Source of the DNA: a virus
Virus record (IMG/VR): IMGVR_UViG_3300043036_000015
Span: 1-37,951 of that record
Strand: one strand, 5' to 3'
Length of the DNA: 37,951 nucleotides
The position numbers were made by a program, and so were the translations under genes. Each line of letters opens with the position of its first letter. The first letter of the stretch is position 1. The notes beneath the pieces were generated by a model. That model was not told the origin of the DNA. It searched no databases and saw only the letters and a list, made by a program, of their open reading frames with translations. This document shows positions 14,708 through 23,889 of the stretch, in pieces.

Positions 14708-15449
14708 CAAGGAACCTAAGATTGCATTAGTCGATGCTGACTTTCTTGTCTACCGTATTGGATTCAGTACGGAGGATGAGCCAGTTGGTATCGCTAAGGC
14801 AAGGCTAACGGAGTGGTTAGAAGACTTTATCTATGTGAATCTCAAGGCTGATGAATACAAAGCTTGGATCACAGGTAAATCTAACTACCGTTATGACATT
14901 GCCAAGACAGTCCCTTATAAAGGCAACCGTAAGGATGTACTCAGACCTAAGCACTACGAAGCCCTACGGGAGCATCTAGTCAAGCGTCACGGTGCAGTAG
15001 TTACAGTTGGTGAAGAAGCTGATGATACCGTAGCCATTGAGTCAACAACACTGCTTGATCGCTGTTGGATCGTCCATGTCGATAAAGACTTGGATCAGCT
15101 TATGGGGTGGCATTACAATCCTGTGAAAGATGAAAGGTACTATGTTGATCAGTTTGAGGGTTTGAAGAACTTCTACACTCAGCTTTTAACTGGTGATCGT
15201 ATTGATAACATCGAAGGCATCCGAGGTATTGGGCCTAAGAAAGCTGAAAAAGCCTTAAAGGACTGTAAGAATGAACAAGATTTATATCAATCTGTTTGTG
15301 GTATGTATTCAGAACACGAAATGGAGCACAGCCGAATTGTTGAAAATGGACAGCTTCTGTGGCTCAGACGTTATGAAGGGGAACTATGGCTACCGCCAAG
15401 CAAGTTGCAATCAAGTACGGATTCCGTAGCGGCCTCGAAGAAAGAGTAG
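14691..15449 (+). CDS. 5'-3' exonuclease / flap endonuclease (T7 gp6-like function)
   Basis: LVDADFLVYR, the YKGNRK motif and the H3TH motif GDRIDNIEGIRGIGPKKAEKAL. The start is uncertain (the track start is 14658). Confidence 0.85.
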   Translation: MTTSCNKEPKIALVDADFLVYRIGFSTEDEPVGIAKARLTEWLEDFIYVNLKADEYKAWITGKSNYRYDIAKTVPYKGNRKDVLRPKHYEALREHLVKRHGAVVTVGEEADDTVAIESTTLLDRCWIVHVDKDLDQLMGWHYNPVKDERYYVDQFEGLKNFYTQLLTGDRIDNIEGIRGIGPKKAEKALKDCKNEQDLYQSVCGMYSEHEMEHSRIVENGQLLWLRRYEGELWLPPSKLQSSTDSVAASKKE

Positions 15450-15787
15450 CTGAACAACTGGATCAGTTAGGGATTGAGTACACATACGAGAAGGTCAAGC
15501 TTAAGTACATCAAGCCTGCCTCTCAACATGTGTACACACCTGACTTTGTTCTAGCCAACGGTATCATTGTGGAGACTAAAGGACGCTTTCTAGCTCCTGA
15601 TCGCCAGAAGCATATCTTGGTTAAGAGACATAATCCAGACTTGGACATTAGATTTGTGTTTTCAAACTCTAATGCCCGGATCAGCAAGGCTTCTAAGACG
15701 ACCTATGCCATGTGGTGTCGAAAGCATGGTTATAAGTTTGCAGACAAGACAATACCTGAGGAGTGGTTAAATGAACGTAAAGACTGA
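15386..15787 (+). CDS. Endonuclease I / Holliday-junction resolvase (T7 gp3-like)
   Basis: FRSGLEERVAEQL...YTPDFVL.NGIIVETKG...DIRFVFSNS...KHGYKFADKTIPEEW closely parallels T7 gp3 as I recall it. It overlaps the exonuclease gene by 64 nt. Confidence 0.9.
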   Translation: MATAKQVAIKYGFRSGLEERVAEQLDQLGIEYTYEKVKLKYIKPASQHVYTPDFVLANGIIVETKGRFLAPDRQKHILVKRHNPDLDIRFVFSNSNARISKASKTTYAMWCRKHGYKFADKTIPEEWLNERKD

Positions 15788-15908
15788 GAAACAAACGATA
15801 ATCACTTACACGTTCACCAAAGGAGAACGTCACGCTCTTATGGATATGGGGCTGTGGGGTTTTATTAATGCTCGATTGTTGAGCAATGAAAGGATTGAAG
15901 TTGAGTAA
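15771..15908 (+). CDS. Possible small protein (45 aa)
   Basis: Hand-translated: MNVKTEKQTIITYTFTKGERHALMDMGLWGFINARLLSNERIEVE. It overlaps both neighbours. Confidence 0.3.
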   Translation: MNVKTEKQTIITYTFTKGERHALMDMGLWGFINARLLSNERIEVE

Positions 15909-16533
15909 TGTGCGTACAATCTGGTCAACCCCTGAAGGTGAAGATCTAATCGCTTACATGGCTCGTGTGTCAGCACCTGAGAATCAGGACAAGAAAGACA
16001 CTGGTCCTAAGCTTGTGAAGTATCTGATCAAGCATAAGCACTGGAGTCCCTTGGAGATGGTTAATGTCTGCATGGAGATTGAGACTACCCGCGACATTGC
16101 CCGACAGATTCTGCGACACCGTAGCTTCAGCTTCCAAGAGTTCTCTCAACGGTATGCTGTAGCTTTTGATTGGAAGGTATCTGAAGTGCGTATGCAGGAT
16201 GATAAGAACCGTCAGAACAGCTTGGAGACTGATGACTTGTACTTGAATAACTGGTGGAATGCTGCTCAAGTTCGTGTACAATCGGAAGCTGAGTTGATGT
16301 ATCGTTCAGCTCTGGACAAAGGTATTGCTAAGGAGCAAGCCCGTAAGCTACTGCCTGAAGGCCTGACTATGAGTCGCATGTACATGAATGGCACACTGCG
16401 TAGTTGGCTTCACTATGTGGATATTCGCTGTGATGCGGCTACGCAGAAGGAACACCGAGAGGTGGCTTTGAAGTGCCGTGATGAGTTAACTAAACTGTTT
16501 CCTAATGTGATGGAGGTTATGAATGCTAATTGA
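15886..16533 (+). CDS. thyX: Flavin-dependent thymidylate synthase
   Basis: It carries the ThyX signature RHRSFSFQEFSQRY, and its 215-aa size is typical. Confidence 0.9.
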   Translation: MKGLKLSNVRTIWSTPEGEDLIAYMARVSAPENQDKKDTGPKLVKYLIKHKHWSPLEMVNVCMEIETTRDIARQILRHRSFSFQEFSQRYAVAFDWKVSEVRMQDDKNRQNSLETDDLYLNNWWNAAQVRVQSEAELMYRSALDKGIAKEQARKLLPEGLTMSRMYMNGTLRSWLHYVDIRCDAATQKEHREVALKCRDELTKLFPNVMEVMNAN

Positions 16534-16831
16534 AGACTACCAAGAACTAGCTTGGAAGACAGCACTAGAGTCTGCTAAGAACCCTGCTTACATGATTGCT
16601 AACCTGACCGCTGAATCTGGTGAAGTTGCAGGTAAGTATGCCAAGTGGATTCGAGATGGTGTCTTGGATGAAGCAGGTATGCAAAAGGAAGTAGGCGATG
16701 TACTGTGGCAGATCGCAGGTTTGTCTACAGTGATGGGATGGAGTTTGGCTGATCTGGCAAGTAAGAACTTACAGAAACTTGCAGCACGACAAATGAACAA
16801 TACCATTAGTGGTGAAGGAGATGAACGATGA
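16523..16831 (+). CDS. mazG: MazG-like nucleotide pyrophosphohydrolase
   Basis: 102 aa. ESGEVAGKYAK and EVGDVLWQIAG match the EExxE / DxxW helices of small MazG proteins. Confidence 0.8.
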   Translation: MLIEDYQELAWKTALESAKNPAYMIANLTAESGEVAGKYAKWIRDGVLDEAGMQKEVGDVLWQIAGLSTVMGWSLADLASKNLQKLAARQMNNTISGEGDER

Positions 16832-17091
16832 ATGATGACATCATGCAAACATATGGCTTTACCTACATCGACTGTAACGGTAAGGTATACAAGAAAGAGA
16901 TCAGTACTCCCGGAGCTTCATGGCACGAGTGCATGGATGACTATGTGAAGTTCTTGGAGACTATTTTTGGTTATCCTATTAAGCATCAAGTGCGACTGGA
17001 AGAGCCGATGTATCTGAAAGGAATGTACGAGAGCTACCCTGACTACCTTGATTCTTGGACTGGTGAGTACTTTACTAAAGAGGCCGAATAA
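16828..17091 (+). CDS. Hypothetical protein
   Basis: 87-aa ORF with an ATGA overlap upstream. Confidence 0.55.
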   Translation: MNDDIMQTYGFTYIDCNGKVYKKEISTPGASWHECMDDYVKFLETIFGYPIKHQVRLEEPMYLKGMYESYPDYLDSWTGEYFTKEAE

Positions 17092-17093
17092 GC

Positions 17094-17867
17094 ATGAAAA
17101 TCTTAGTCATCCCTGACGCTCAGGTCAAAGAAGGAGTTCCTTTGGAGCATCTTGAGTGGGCAGGGAAGGCTATCTGTGACTATCGCCCTGATGTTGTGAT
17201 AAACATTGGTGATTTTGCGGACATGCCTTCTTTGTCTACACATGATGTCAAAGGGTCTAAGTACTTTGAAGGTCTTCGCTACAAGAAAGATGTAGAGGTT
17301 GTCAAGGCAGCTATGCAAAAGCTTCTGAAACCTCTGCGGGACTTGCAGAAGACTCAGAAGGAAACCAAACACAAGGTGTACAAGCCTAAGATGATCCTGA
17401 CTCTGGGTAACCATGAGAACCGTATCAACCGAGCTGTGAACAATAACCCTACGTTGGAAGGACTGATCAGTGTTAAAGACCTCGAATACGACAAAGATTG
17501 GGAAGTACACGACTTTCTACATCCTATATTCATCAACGGGGTTGGTTTTAATCACTATTGGCCTGTTGGTGCTATGGGCAGGCCTGCTGGCACTGCTGCT
17601 GCTCTGATCAACAAGCTTCATATGAGCTGCGTTGCAGGGCATCAACAAGGTAAGCAGATTGCTTATGGTAAGCGAGCTGATGGGAAGCCTATCTGTGGTA
17701 TCATTGCTGGTAGCTATTACCTACATGATGAAGACTACATGGATCAACTGAGCAATCGTCACTGGCGGGGCTTGGTTATGCTGAATGATGTCAAGGATGG
17801 TGGCTTCGATGAGATGCTGTTGTCTATCGAGTACCTTGAAAGGAAATACAGTGGAAAACAAGTGTAA
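17094..17867 (+). CDS. Calcineurin-like metallophosphoesterase
   Basis: 257 aa with the motifs VIPDAQ, NIGDFADM and LGNHENR. Confidence 0.75.
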   Translation: MKILVIPDAQVKEGVPLEHLEWAGKAICDYRPDVVINIGDFADMPSLSTHDVKGSKYFEGLRYKKDVEVVKAAMQKLLKPLRDLQKTQKETKHKVYKPKMILTLGNHENRINRAVNNNPTLEGLISVKDLEYDKDWEVHDFLHPIFINGVGFNHYWPVGAMGRPAGTAAALINKLHMSCVAGHQQGKQIAYGKRADGKPICGIIAGSYYLHDEDYMDQLSNRHWRGLVMLNDVKDGGFDEMLLSIEYLERKYSGKQV

Positions 17868-18315
17868 TGACTGCTTCTATGCTTTGATGGATCGTGACCT
17901 CGAAGCACCTTGTGTTACCTGCACAGGCTACTCGAACTTTGTGAAAGGAACAGTTTATATGACTCAAAGTCACGGAGCAAAGCCGCTTAAAGAGGCGATT
18001 GATGAGTGGTTTAAAGATGGAGTTGATCAAGTTGCGACTGAAGACTTCTGGGTGTCCTACAAGGGTATTACCCACGATCCTGTGGAGAAGCCTAAGCACT
18101 ATATGCTGTTTGAAGACAAGGGTATTGAAGTTCGGGATGTTATCGAAAAGCTAGTAACAAAGATGGAAATGCACTCATCTGGAATGTTCATTGCCGACTA
18201 TGTGCAGATGATGCAATACCTGATGCGCTTCATGGACAAGAATGGTGTCGAGGACTTGAAGAAAGCTCGCTGGTATTTGGATAAGCTGATTGCTAGTTAT
18301 GAATCTGACTTTTGA
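17851..18315 (+). CDS. DUF3310-like protein with an N-terminal CxxC...CxxC segment
   Basis: Track ORF 17785..18315. I prefer the GTG at 17851 with an AAGGAA SD. PKHY...IEVRDVI...MQYLMRFMDKNGVEDLKKARWYLDKLI resembles the DUF3310 pattern. Confidence 0.55.
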   Translation: MENKCNDCFYALMDRDLEAPCVTCTGYSNFVKGTVYMTQSHGAKPLKEAIDEWFKDGVDQVATEDFWVSYKGITHDPVEKPKHYMLFEDKGIEVRDVIEKLVTKMEMHSSGMFIADYVQMMQYLMRFMDKNGVEDLKKARWYLDKLIASYESDF

Positions 18316-18454
18316 AGAACTGAAAGAGAAGCTTCAACGAGTCGATGAAGTCACACTGCTGGAGTTGTTAGACATCCACAGTGATGACATCATTGAACGC
18401 TTTGAAGATTACATTGAAGATAAACAAGAACAACTAATGAAAGAAATTGAATGA
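18299..18454 (+). CDS. Small acidic protein (51 aa)
   Basis: Hand-translated: MNLTFEELKEKLQRVDEVTLLELLDIHSDDIIERFEDYIEDKQEQLMKEIE. It has an ATGA overlap with the RNR beta start. Confidence 0.45.
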   Translation: MNLTFEELKEKLQRVDEVTLLELLDIHSDDIIERFEDYIEDKQEQLMKEIE

Positions 18455-19407
18455 GAAACCTACTAACTAAAAAGGATGTTTACACCTTTGACTATCCAGA
18501 GGCTCTGGCCTTTGCAGATAAACAGAACGGTGTATTCTGGACCTTTGACGAGATTGACTTGGAGAAGGATGTGCATAGCATCCTCACCGACTTTACTCCT
18601 AGCGAACGACATGGTGTGACTACCTCACTGAAACTCTTTACCAAGTACGAGCGTATTGTTGGTGATGAGTATTGGTCTGGTACTGTTAAACCTAACTTCC
18701 AGCATCCTGATATTGGTTTGATGGCTGATGCCTTCTGTTACTTTGAGAGCAATGTCCATGCACGATTTTACAACCGCATTAACGAACTTCTGGGCTTGGC
18801 TACTGAGGACTTCCATCAGTCTTGGCAATACGATCCAGTATTGGCTAGTCGTATCGGGTACTTGGACACCATTGTTAGTGGTAGGGATGTTCCTCTTTCC
18901 TTGGCAGTCTTTAGCATGATGGAAGGCTGTGTGCTGTACTCTAGCTTTGCTTTCCTGAAGCACTTCCAGAGTAACGGTAAGAACAAGCTGAGTAACCTCG
19001 TGGCAGGTATCAACTTCTCCGTGCGAGATGAGAATATCCACCATGAAGCAGGTGCTTGGTTGTTCCGTACATACATGGAAGAGAACAAGCTAGACAAGGC
19101 ATGGATGAAGGCACGAGTTGAGCAAGCAGCTAAGGCATTGGTTGACCATGAGCATCGTATTGTTGACCTGTTGTTCTCTCACGGGGACATTGAAGGCATC
19201 AATGCTCAGGCCATGAAAGCTTTCGTGAATGCACGAGCTAACATCTGCTTGAACAATTTGGGCTTTGACAGTATCTTTGATGCAACTGGTGATACAATCT
19301 CTGAGTGGTTCTACTTGGGCATCAGCTCCAGTACCATCCACGATTTCTTCGCCAAGGTTGGCAATCAATATAACCGTAAATGGAATGAAAAGGCTTTCAC
19401 ATGGTAA
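18451..19407 (+). CDS. nrdB: Ribonucleotide reductase, class I small (beta) subunit
   Basis: 318 aa with metal-ligand ExxH motifs (FESNVHARF, RDENIHHEAG) and MEG. Confidence 0.85.
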   Translation: MRNLLTKKDVYTFDYPEALAFADKQNGVFWTFDEIDLEKDVHSILTDFTPSERHGVTTSLKLFTKYERIVGDEYWSGTVKPNFQHPDIGLMADAFCYFESNVHARFYNRINELLGLATEDFHQSWQYDPVLASRIGYLDTIVSGRDVPLSLAVFSMMEGCVLYSSFAFLKHFQSNGKNKLSNLVAGINFSVRDENIHHEAGAWLFRTYMEENKLDKAWMKARVEQAAKALVDHEHRIVDLLFSHGDIEGINAQAMKAFVNARANICLNNLGFDSIFDATGDTISEWFYLGISSSTIHDFFAKVGNQYNRKWNEKAFTW

Positions 19408-21113
19408 GTACACCTGTATTGGATAACAAATATGAGTTCTTGAGTGCGGAGCGTAAGCGTCTGCAAAAGGAAGGACTGCTGCCTAACTGGTATCAGACAG
19501 GAGGTTGGGGTCTGTTCAAGTCTAAGTACATGGAAGGCTCTACAAGCTTCAAGAACCGTGCAGAGCAGATCGCTGAGACAGCAGCTAAACATGCACCTAA
19601 AGATGGCATTGATTGGAAAGGTAAGTTTTATGAAGTTATTTGGAATGGCTGGCTTAGTCCTTCAACGCCTACGCTGGCTAATCTCGGCACTAATAAAGGG
19701 ATGCCTGTTGCTTGTAGCGGTCAGTATATTGGCGATAGCGTTGCTGACTTTTATGGTGAACTACTTGATACAGCAGTTCTTACTAAGAATGGCTTTGGCA
19801 CTAGTGGCTATTTGGGCGATATTCGACCCCGGGGCTCACAAATCGCGACTGGAGGAACTGCGTCAGGCGTTCTACCAGTTTTTCAAACTTATGTAGACGC
19901 TATGAAGCGTGTTACCCAAGGCGTTGCACGGCGAGGCGCTTGGGCAGGTTACTTACCTATTGATCATCCTGACTTTAACGAGTTAGCTGATTGGGTGAAG
20001 AACAATCCTGATGATGCTAATGTGGGTTGGACAGTCAGTCAGGACTTTATGGACTCTTTGGACTCAGGACATCCTGAAGCCATTGAGCGTTATCAGAAGG
20101 CTTTGAAGCTGAAGATGCTGACAGGTAAGGGTTACTTCTTGTTTACCGATAAGGTAGCCAATGCCCGTCCTGAGATGTACAAAGCCCATAGCTTGGATGT
20201 TAAAGCCTCTAACCTGTGTACAGAGATCATGCTACACAGCGGTGAGACAGAGACATTTACCTGTATCTTGGCAAGTATGAACTTGGAGAAGTATGATGAG
20301 TGGAAAGACACGGATGCTGTATTTACTGCGACAGTATTTCTTGATTGTGTTACTAGTGAGTTCCTGTCGATGGCTGCTGGCAAGAGAGGCTTTGAAAAGG
20401 CGCTGGAGAGTACTGAAAAGAGCCGTGCGTTAGGCTTAGGTGTTCTCGGTTGGCACTCATTGCTGCACAAGCGAATGATTCCCTTTGAGAGCTTCACAGC
20501 TCGGAAACTTAACGTGGAGATTTTCGATGGAATTAACAAGAAGTCAACAGAGGCAAGCAGGTATCTTGCGGGACAACTTGGAGAGCCTGCTTATTGCAAA
20601 GGATTTGGAGTCCGAAATACACACCGCCTTGCTGTTGCTCCCACCATGTCAACAAGCCAGCTTATGGGCGGGGTATCACAAGGTATTGAACCGTTTATTG
20701 GAAATGTATTCGTACAGCAAGGGGCAGGTGGAGAAACCATCCGAGTAGTGCCTGAGCTGTTGGAGATCATGAAGCGTGAAGGTGTGTACAGCCGTGAGAC
20801 ATTGCTTGAGATTGCAGGTTATGATGGCTCTATCCAACATGTAACATGGATGACCGAGGCTGAGAAGGAGGTGTTTAAGACAGCGTTTGAGATTGATCCT
20901 TATGTCATCTTGAACCAAGCGTCTGAACGTCAACAGTACATCTGCCAAGGTCAATCCATCAATCTGTTCTTCGGTGCAGATGATCCAGAGGAACACATTA
21001 GCTCTGTCCACAAGGCAGCGTTTAAAGATCCTCGTATCTTGAGTCTGTATTACATTCGTACCAAGGCTGGTGTTAGTGCCAGCTCAGGTGAGTGTGTAGC
21101 TTGCCACGCTTAA
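19401..21113 (+). CDS. nrdA: Ribonucleotide reductase, class I large (alpha) subunit; short form with no obvious ATP cone
   Basis: 570 aa with the active-site motif NLCTEI and a C-terminal redox pair ECVAC. It overlaps the beta gene by 7 nt. Confidence 0.88.
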   Translation: MVSTPVLDNKYEFLSAERKRLQKEGLLPNWYQTGGWGLFKSKYMEGSTSFKNRAEQIAETAAKHAPKDGIDWKGKFYEVIWNGWLSPSTPTLANLGTNKGMPVACSGQYIGDSVADFYGELLDTAVLTKNGFGTSGYLGDIRPRGSQIATGGTASGVLPVFQTYVDAMKRVTQGVARRGAWAGYLPIDHPDFNELADWVKNNPDDANVGWTVSQDFMDSLDSGHPEAIERYQKALKLKMLTGKGYFLFTDKVANARPEMYKAHSLDVKASNLCTEIMLHSGETETFTCILASMNLEKYDEWKDTDAVFTATVFLDCVTSEFLSMAAGKRGFEKALESTEKSRALGLGVLGWHSLLHKRMIPFESFTARKLNVEIFDGINKKSTEASRYLAGQLGEPAYCKGFGVRNTHRLAVAPTMSTSQLMGGVSQGIEPFIGNVFVQQGAGGETIRVVPELLEIMKREGVYSRETLLEIAGYDGSIQHVTWMTEAEKEVFKTAFEIDPYVILNQASERQQYICQGQSINLFFGADDPEEHISSVHKAAFKDPRILSLYYIRTKAGVSASSGECVACHA

Positions 21114-21125
21114 CTAGGAGATTGA

Positions 21126-21308
21126 ATGAAGATTGTGGTCTACAGCAAGGATAACTGCCCTGCATGTACGGCTCTGAAGGCTCGCCTGACTAAAGATGGC
21201 GAGTCCTTTACAGAGATCAATGTAGGTCGAGACATTACCCGTGAGGAGTTCCTTGAAGAATTCCCACAGGTGCGCCAGATGCCTCATGTGGTGTTTATTA
21301 ACGAATAA
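21126..21308 (+). CDS. Glutaredoxin / NrdH-like redoxin
   Basis: 60 aa. It begins MKIVVYSKDNCPACTALK, which contains a CPxC active site, and lies directly after the RNR genes. Confidence 0.8.
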   Translation: MKIVVYSKDNCPACTALKARLTKDGESFTEINVGRDITREEFLEEFPQVRQMPHVVFINE

Positions 21309-21316
21309 GGGAGAAT

Positions 21317-22063
21317 ATGGCAACTAAGCAAATGAACAGAGCTATTCCAGCTAAGGAACTGACTCCACGAGAGAAAGTTAACAATAGCTTGAAGCTGAAG
21401 CTGGATGACATGACGGTTATCAAGCCTAAGACTGATAAGCAGATGGATTTCTTTGAGGCCTACCAAGCCTCTAACTACTTCATGGCATTGCACGGTGTAG
21501 CAGGTACAGGTAAGACGTACATTGCCTTGTACAAAGCCTTGGAAGAGGCTATGGATCGTAACAATCCCTTTAACAAGGTGACTATCATCCGTAGTAGTGT
21601 TCAAGGCCGAGACATGGGCTTCTTGCCGGGAGATGCAGATGAGAAGATGGAAGTGTACATTCAGCCTTACCGCCAAATCTGTAGTGACCTGTTCAAGCGT
21701 AAGGATGCTTGGGATCGACTGGTCGAGCAAGGACATATTGAGTTTGTCTCTACCTCGTTCATTCGAGGGACAACCTTTAGTAATAGTATTATCGTTGTGG
21801 ACGAAGTACAGAACATGACTTTCGAGGAGTTGGACACCATCATTACCCGTGTTGGTGACAAGTCTAAGATCATCTTCTGTGGTGACTACCGACAGACTGA
21901 CCTGAAGAAGAAGGATGACAAGAGTGGTATCTTGAAGTTCTTTGACATTGCAGGACTGATGAAGGAATTTATTCGGATTGAGTTTCACATCGAGGATATT
22001 GTTCGTAGCTCATTGGTTAAGAACTATATTATTGCCCGAGTTAAATATGAGGATGGCGAATGA
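21317..22063 (+). CDS. phoH: PhoH-like ATPase
   Basis: 248 aa with Walker A GVAGTGKTY and Walker B IIVVDEVQN. The overall layout is typical of phage PhoH. Confidence 0.85.
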   Translation: MATKQMNRAIPAKELTPREKVNNSLKLKLDDMTVIKPKTDKQMDFFEAYQASNYFMALHGVAGTGKTYIALYKALEEAMDRNNPFNKVTIIRSSVQGRDMGFLPGDADEKMEVYIQPYRQICSDLFKRKDAWDRLVEQGHIEFVSTSFIRGTTFSNSIIVVDEVQNMTFEELDTIITRVGDKSKIIFCGDYRQTDLKKKDDKSGILKFFDIAGLMKEFIRIEFHIEDIVRSSLVKNYIIARVKYEDGE

Positions 22064-22692
22064 ACAAAAGAGCTAATGACAACTTGGAAGACTTCCTGAT
22101 GATGCCTCAAGAGCAGAAAGGATTGATCCGTACTATCACTCAGCAGATGCACACTCACTTGGTGTTCATTGATGATGACATTACCGATCCCCGTAACTAT
22201 CGTGATGTCATTCATTGCTTGGCTACCTGCGGCGAGAATGACTCAGTAAATCTATTGGTAAACAGCTCAGGTGGACGTACAGATAGCATCTGGCAAATCA
22301 TCGAAGCAATGAAAGGGTGTCGTGGTGATGTCTCCGTTACGGTTATTGGCGCTGCGTACAGTGCTGCTAGTATGTTGGCTTGTATGGCTCCTGAGTGTTA
22401 CATTGCTGACAGTGCTGAGTTTATGCTTCACACTGCCCACTATGGTTCTATCGGGACTGTGCCAAATGTTAAAGGACAGACTGACTTTGCTACTCGACAG
22501 ATTAACAAACTTCTTGATCAAGCCTACAAAGGGTTCTTGAGTGACAAGGAATTGGATGAGCTGAAGAACGGTAAAGAGTTCTGGTTCGATGCCGAGGAAG
22601 CAGTGAAGCGGATGGGTAAGAGATACAAGTATCTGGAGTCTCTTCAGAATCCACCTAAGCCTAAGAAGGCTAAAGTTGAAACTGTAGAGTAA
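22060..22692 (+). CDS. ClpP-family (S14-like) serine protease
   Basis: 210 aa. VNSSGGRTDS...VIGAAYSAASMLA...FMLHTAHYG parallels the ClpP INSPGG...GQAASMG...MIHQP motifs, with Ser and His in the expected places. Confidence 0.65.
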   Translation: MNKRANDNLEDFLMMPQEQKGLIRTITQQMHTHLVFIDDDITDPRNYRDVIHCLATCGENDSVNLLVNSSGGRTDSIWQIIEAMKGCRGDVSVTVIGAAYSAASMLACMAPECYIADSAEFMLHTAHYGSIGTVPNVKGQTDFATRQINKLLDQAYKGFLSDKELDELKNGKEFWFDAEEAVKRMGKRYKYLESLQNPPKPKKAKVETVE

Positions 22693-22700
22693 ATGAAAAA

Positions 22701-22731
22701 GGCCCGTTAGAGCGATGAACTCTAACGGGCC
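22701..22731. terminator. Bidirectional rho-independent terminator between the convergent arms
   Basis: 12-bp perfect stem GGCCCGTTAGAG/CTCTAACGGGCC with a 7-nt loop. It is flanked by AAAAA on one side and TTATTTGTT on the other, which gives a U-tract on both strands. Confidence 0.88.
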
Positions 22732-22739
22732 TTATTTGT

Positions 22740-22967
22740 TTATGGTTTACTGTTATGCGCGATAGTCACGAAAGCAGCTACTGTAGCAACAATCCAGAGC
22801 AGAGGTTTAGCAACCTTAGCTACCCACTCAAGGACGGTGAAGGCTCCAGAGGCAGCGGTAAAAGCTGCTACCATTCCTTCTGTGTCCTGTGCCACTTTAT
22901 CTACTTTAGCTTCTACCTTACATAGTCGCTCATAGATCTCATTATGAGATATATCCTTTTGCTCCAT
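22740..22967 (-). CDS. Small membrane protein at the end of the lysis cluster
   Basis: 75 aa with C-terminal hydrophobic segments. It is the last gene of the minus arm. Confidence 0.55.
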   Translation of the reverse strand: MEQKDISHNEIYERLCKVEAKVDKVAQDTEGMVAAFTAASGAFTVLEWVAKVAKPLLWIVATVAAFVTIAHNSKP

Positions 22968-22968
22968 G

Positions 22969-23388
22969 TCACTCTTTCTTACCTGACTTCATTTCCATGA
23001 TCTTCTCTAACGTGCGTCCACCGAAGTAGAAGCTCATCACTAACATACCCCATTGACCGAGTAACTGGACATAGGTTTCGTTAGCTTTGATACCGTTAGC
23101 ATCCATGATGCCGAAAGTGAAGTAACCTGTAAAGATAGCAACAAGAGTCAAGGGACGAATGTTCTTGGACAACCAAGAGTCACTAGCCATGTCTGCCTGC
23201 TGGCGCTGTGTGAGGTTATTCTGCTCTGTCTTGAACAAGTCAGTTTCATTAGCCATCTTAGCTAATTCACCATCCTGTGCCATTTGAGCTAACTTCATCT
23301 GAGCTTCTGCCTTCTGCTCAGGATCAGGGAAGAACTTATCTAGAAGCTTACCTGCAAAGGGGAGTAATAAGTTAATCATATTGTTCAA
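22969..23388 (-). CDS. Holin (3-TM GTA-holin-like), putative
   Basis: 139 aa. The N-terminal LLDKFFPDPEQKAEAQMKLAQM segment resembles the 3TM holin family, and hydrophobic segments follow. Confidence 0.6.
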   Translation of the reverse strand: MNNMINLLLPFAGKLLDKFFPDPEQKAEAQMKLAQMAQDGELAKMANETDLFKTEQNNLTQRQQADMASDSWLSKNIRPLTLVAIFTGYFTFGIMDANGIKANETYVQLLGQWGMLVMSFYFGGRTLEKIMEMKSGKKE

Positions 23389-23879
23389 TATCCACAGTAG
23401 TTATGTTTGCAGTACATCATCAATTCAATACCGCCCCACATCAGCAACACTAACGTAATAGAAGACAAGGTAATGGCAAGCCACAGTTCATTATCTTCCT
23501 TACGTTTCTTAGCAGCTTGCTTAGAGGCATCAGCAGCACGTCTACGGCTATTCTTATCATCCTCATCCATCTGCTTACGTCGATTGACGATCTTCTCCCA
23601 CACATCCATGTTGTTAGGGAAGAATAAACCTTTGACCTGCTCCTCGAACTGCCTTGCATTCTCGATAGCGAGTTCAAGCTCAACTGCCTTGCCCATGTTA
23701 GAGCCTTTAAAGCCAGTCTTGCTTCCCTCTTCCAATACCTTTACAGCATCGGCCTTAGCGTCAAAATACTTACTCAAGACAGGACCAAGACTGCGAACAT
23801 CATCCACAGTCTTGATTGTCTTCTTGACCAGATTAACAGCAGCGGAAACTGCTGCTAGGGCTGTTAATGGATCAATCAT
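23385..23879 (-). CDS. Membrane-anchored protein of the lysis cluster (C-terminal TM)
   Basis: 164 aa with a charged central region and a C-terminal hydrophobic helix LWLAITLSSITLVLLMWGGIELMM. Confidence 0.5.
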   Translation of the reverse strand: MIDPLTALAAVSAAVNLVKKTIKTVDDVRSLGPVLSKYFDAKADAVKVLEEGSKTGFKGSNMGKAVELELAIENARQFEEQVKGLFFPNNMDVWEKIVNRRKQMDEDDKNSRRRAADASKQAAKKRKEDNELWLAITLSSITLVLLMWGGIELMMYCKHNYCGY

Positions 23880-23889
23880 AAACCCTCAC

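Noticed and set aside
5956-17867. Longest-ORF starts given by the track for 5956, 6193, 6524, 11410, 14658 and 17785
   Set aside because: These upstream starts would create long overlaps with the preceding genes and lack SD sequences. Internal starts at 5989, 6259, 6593, 11425, 14691 and 17851 sit just after upstream stops and/or have SD motifs. The choices remain provisional.
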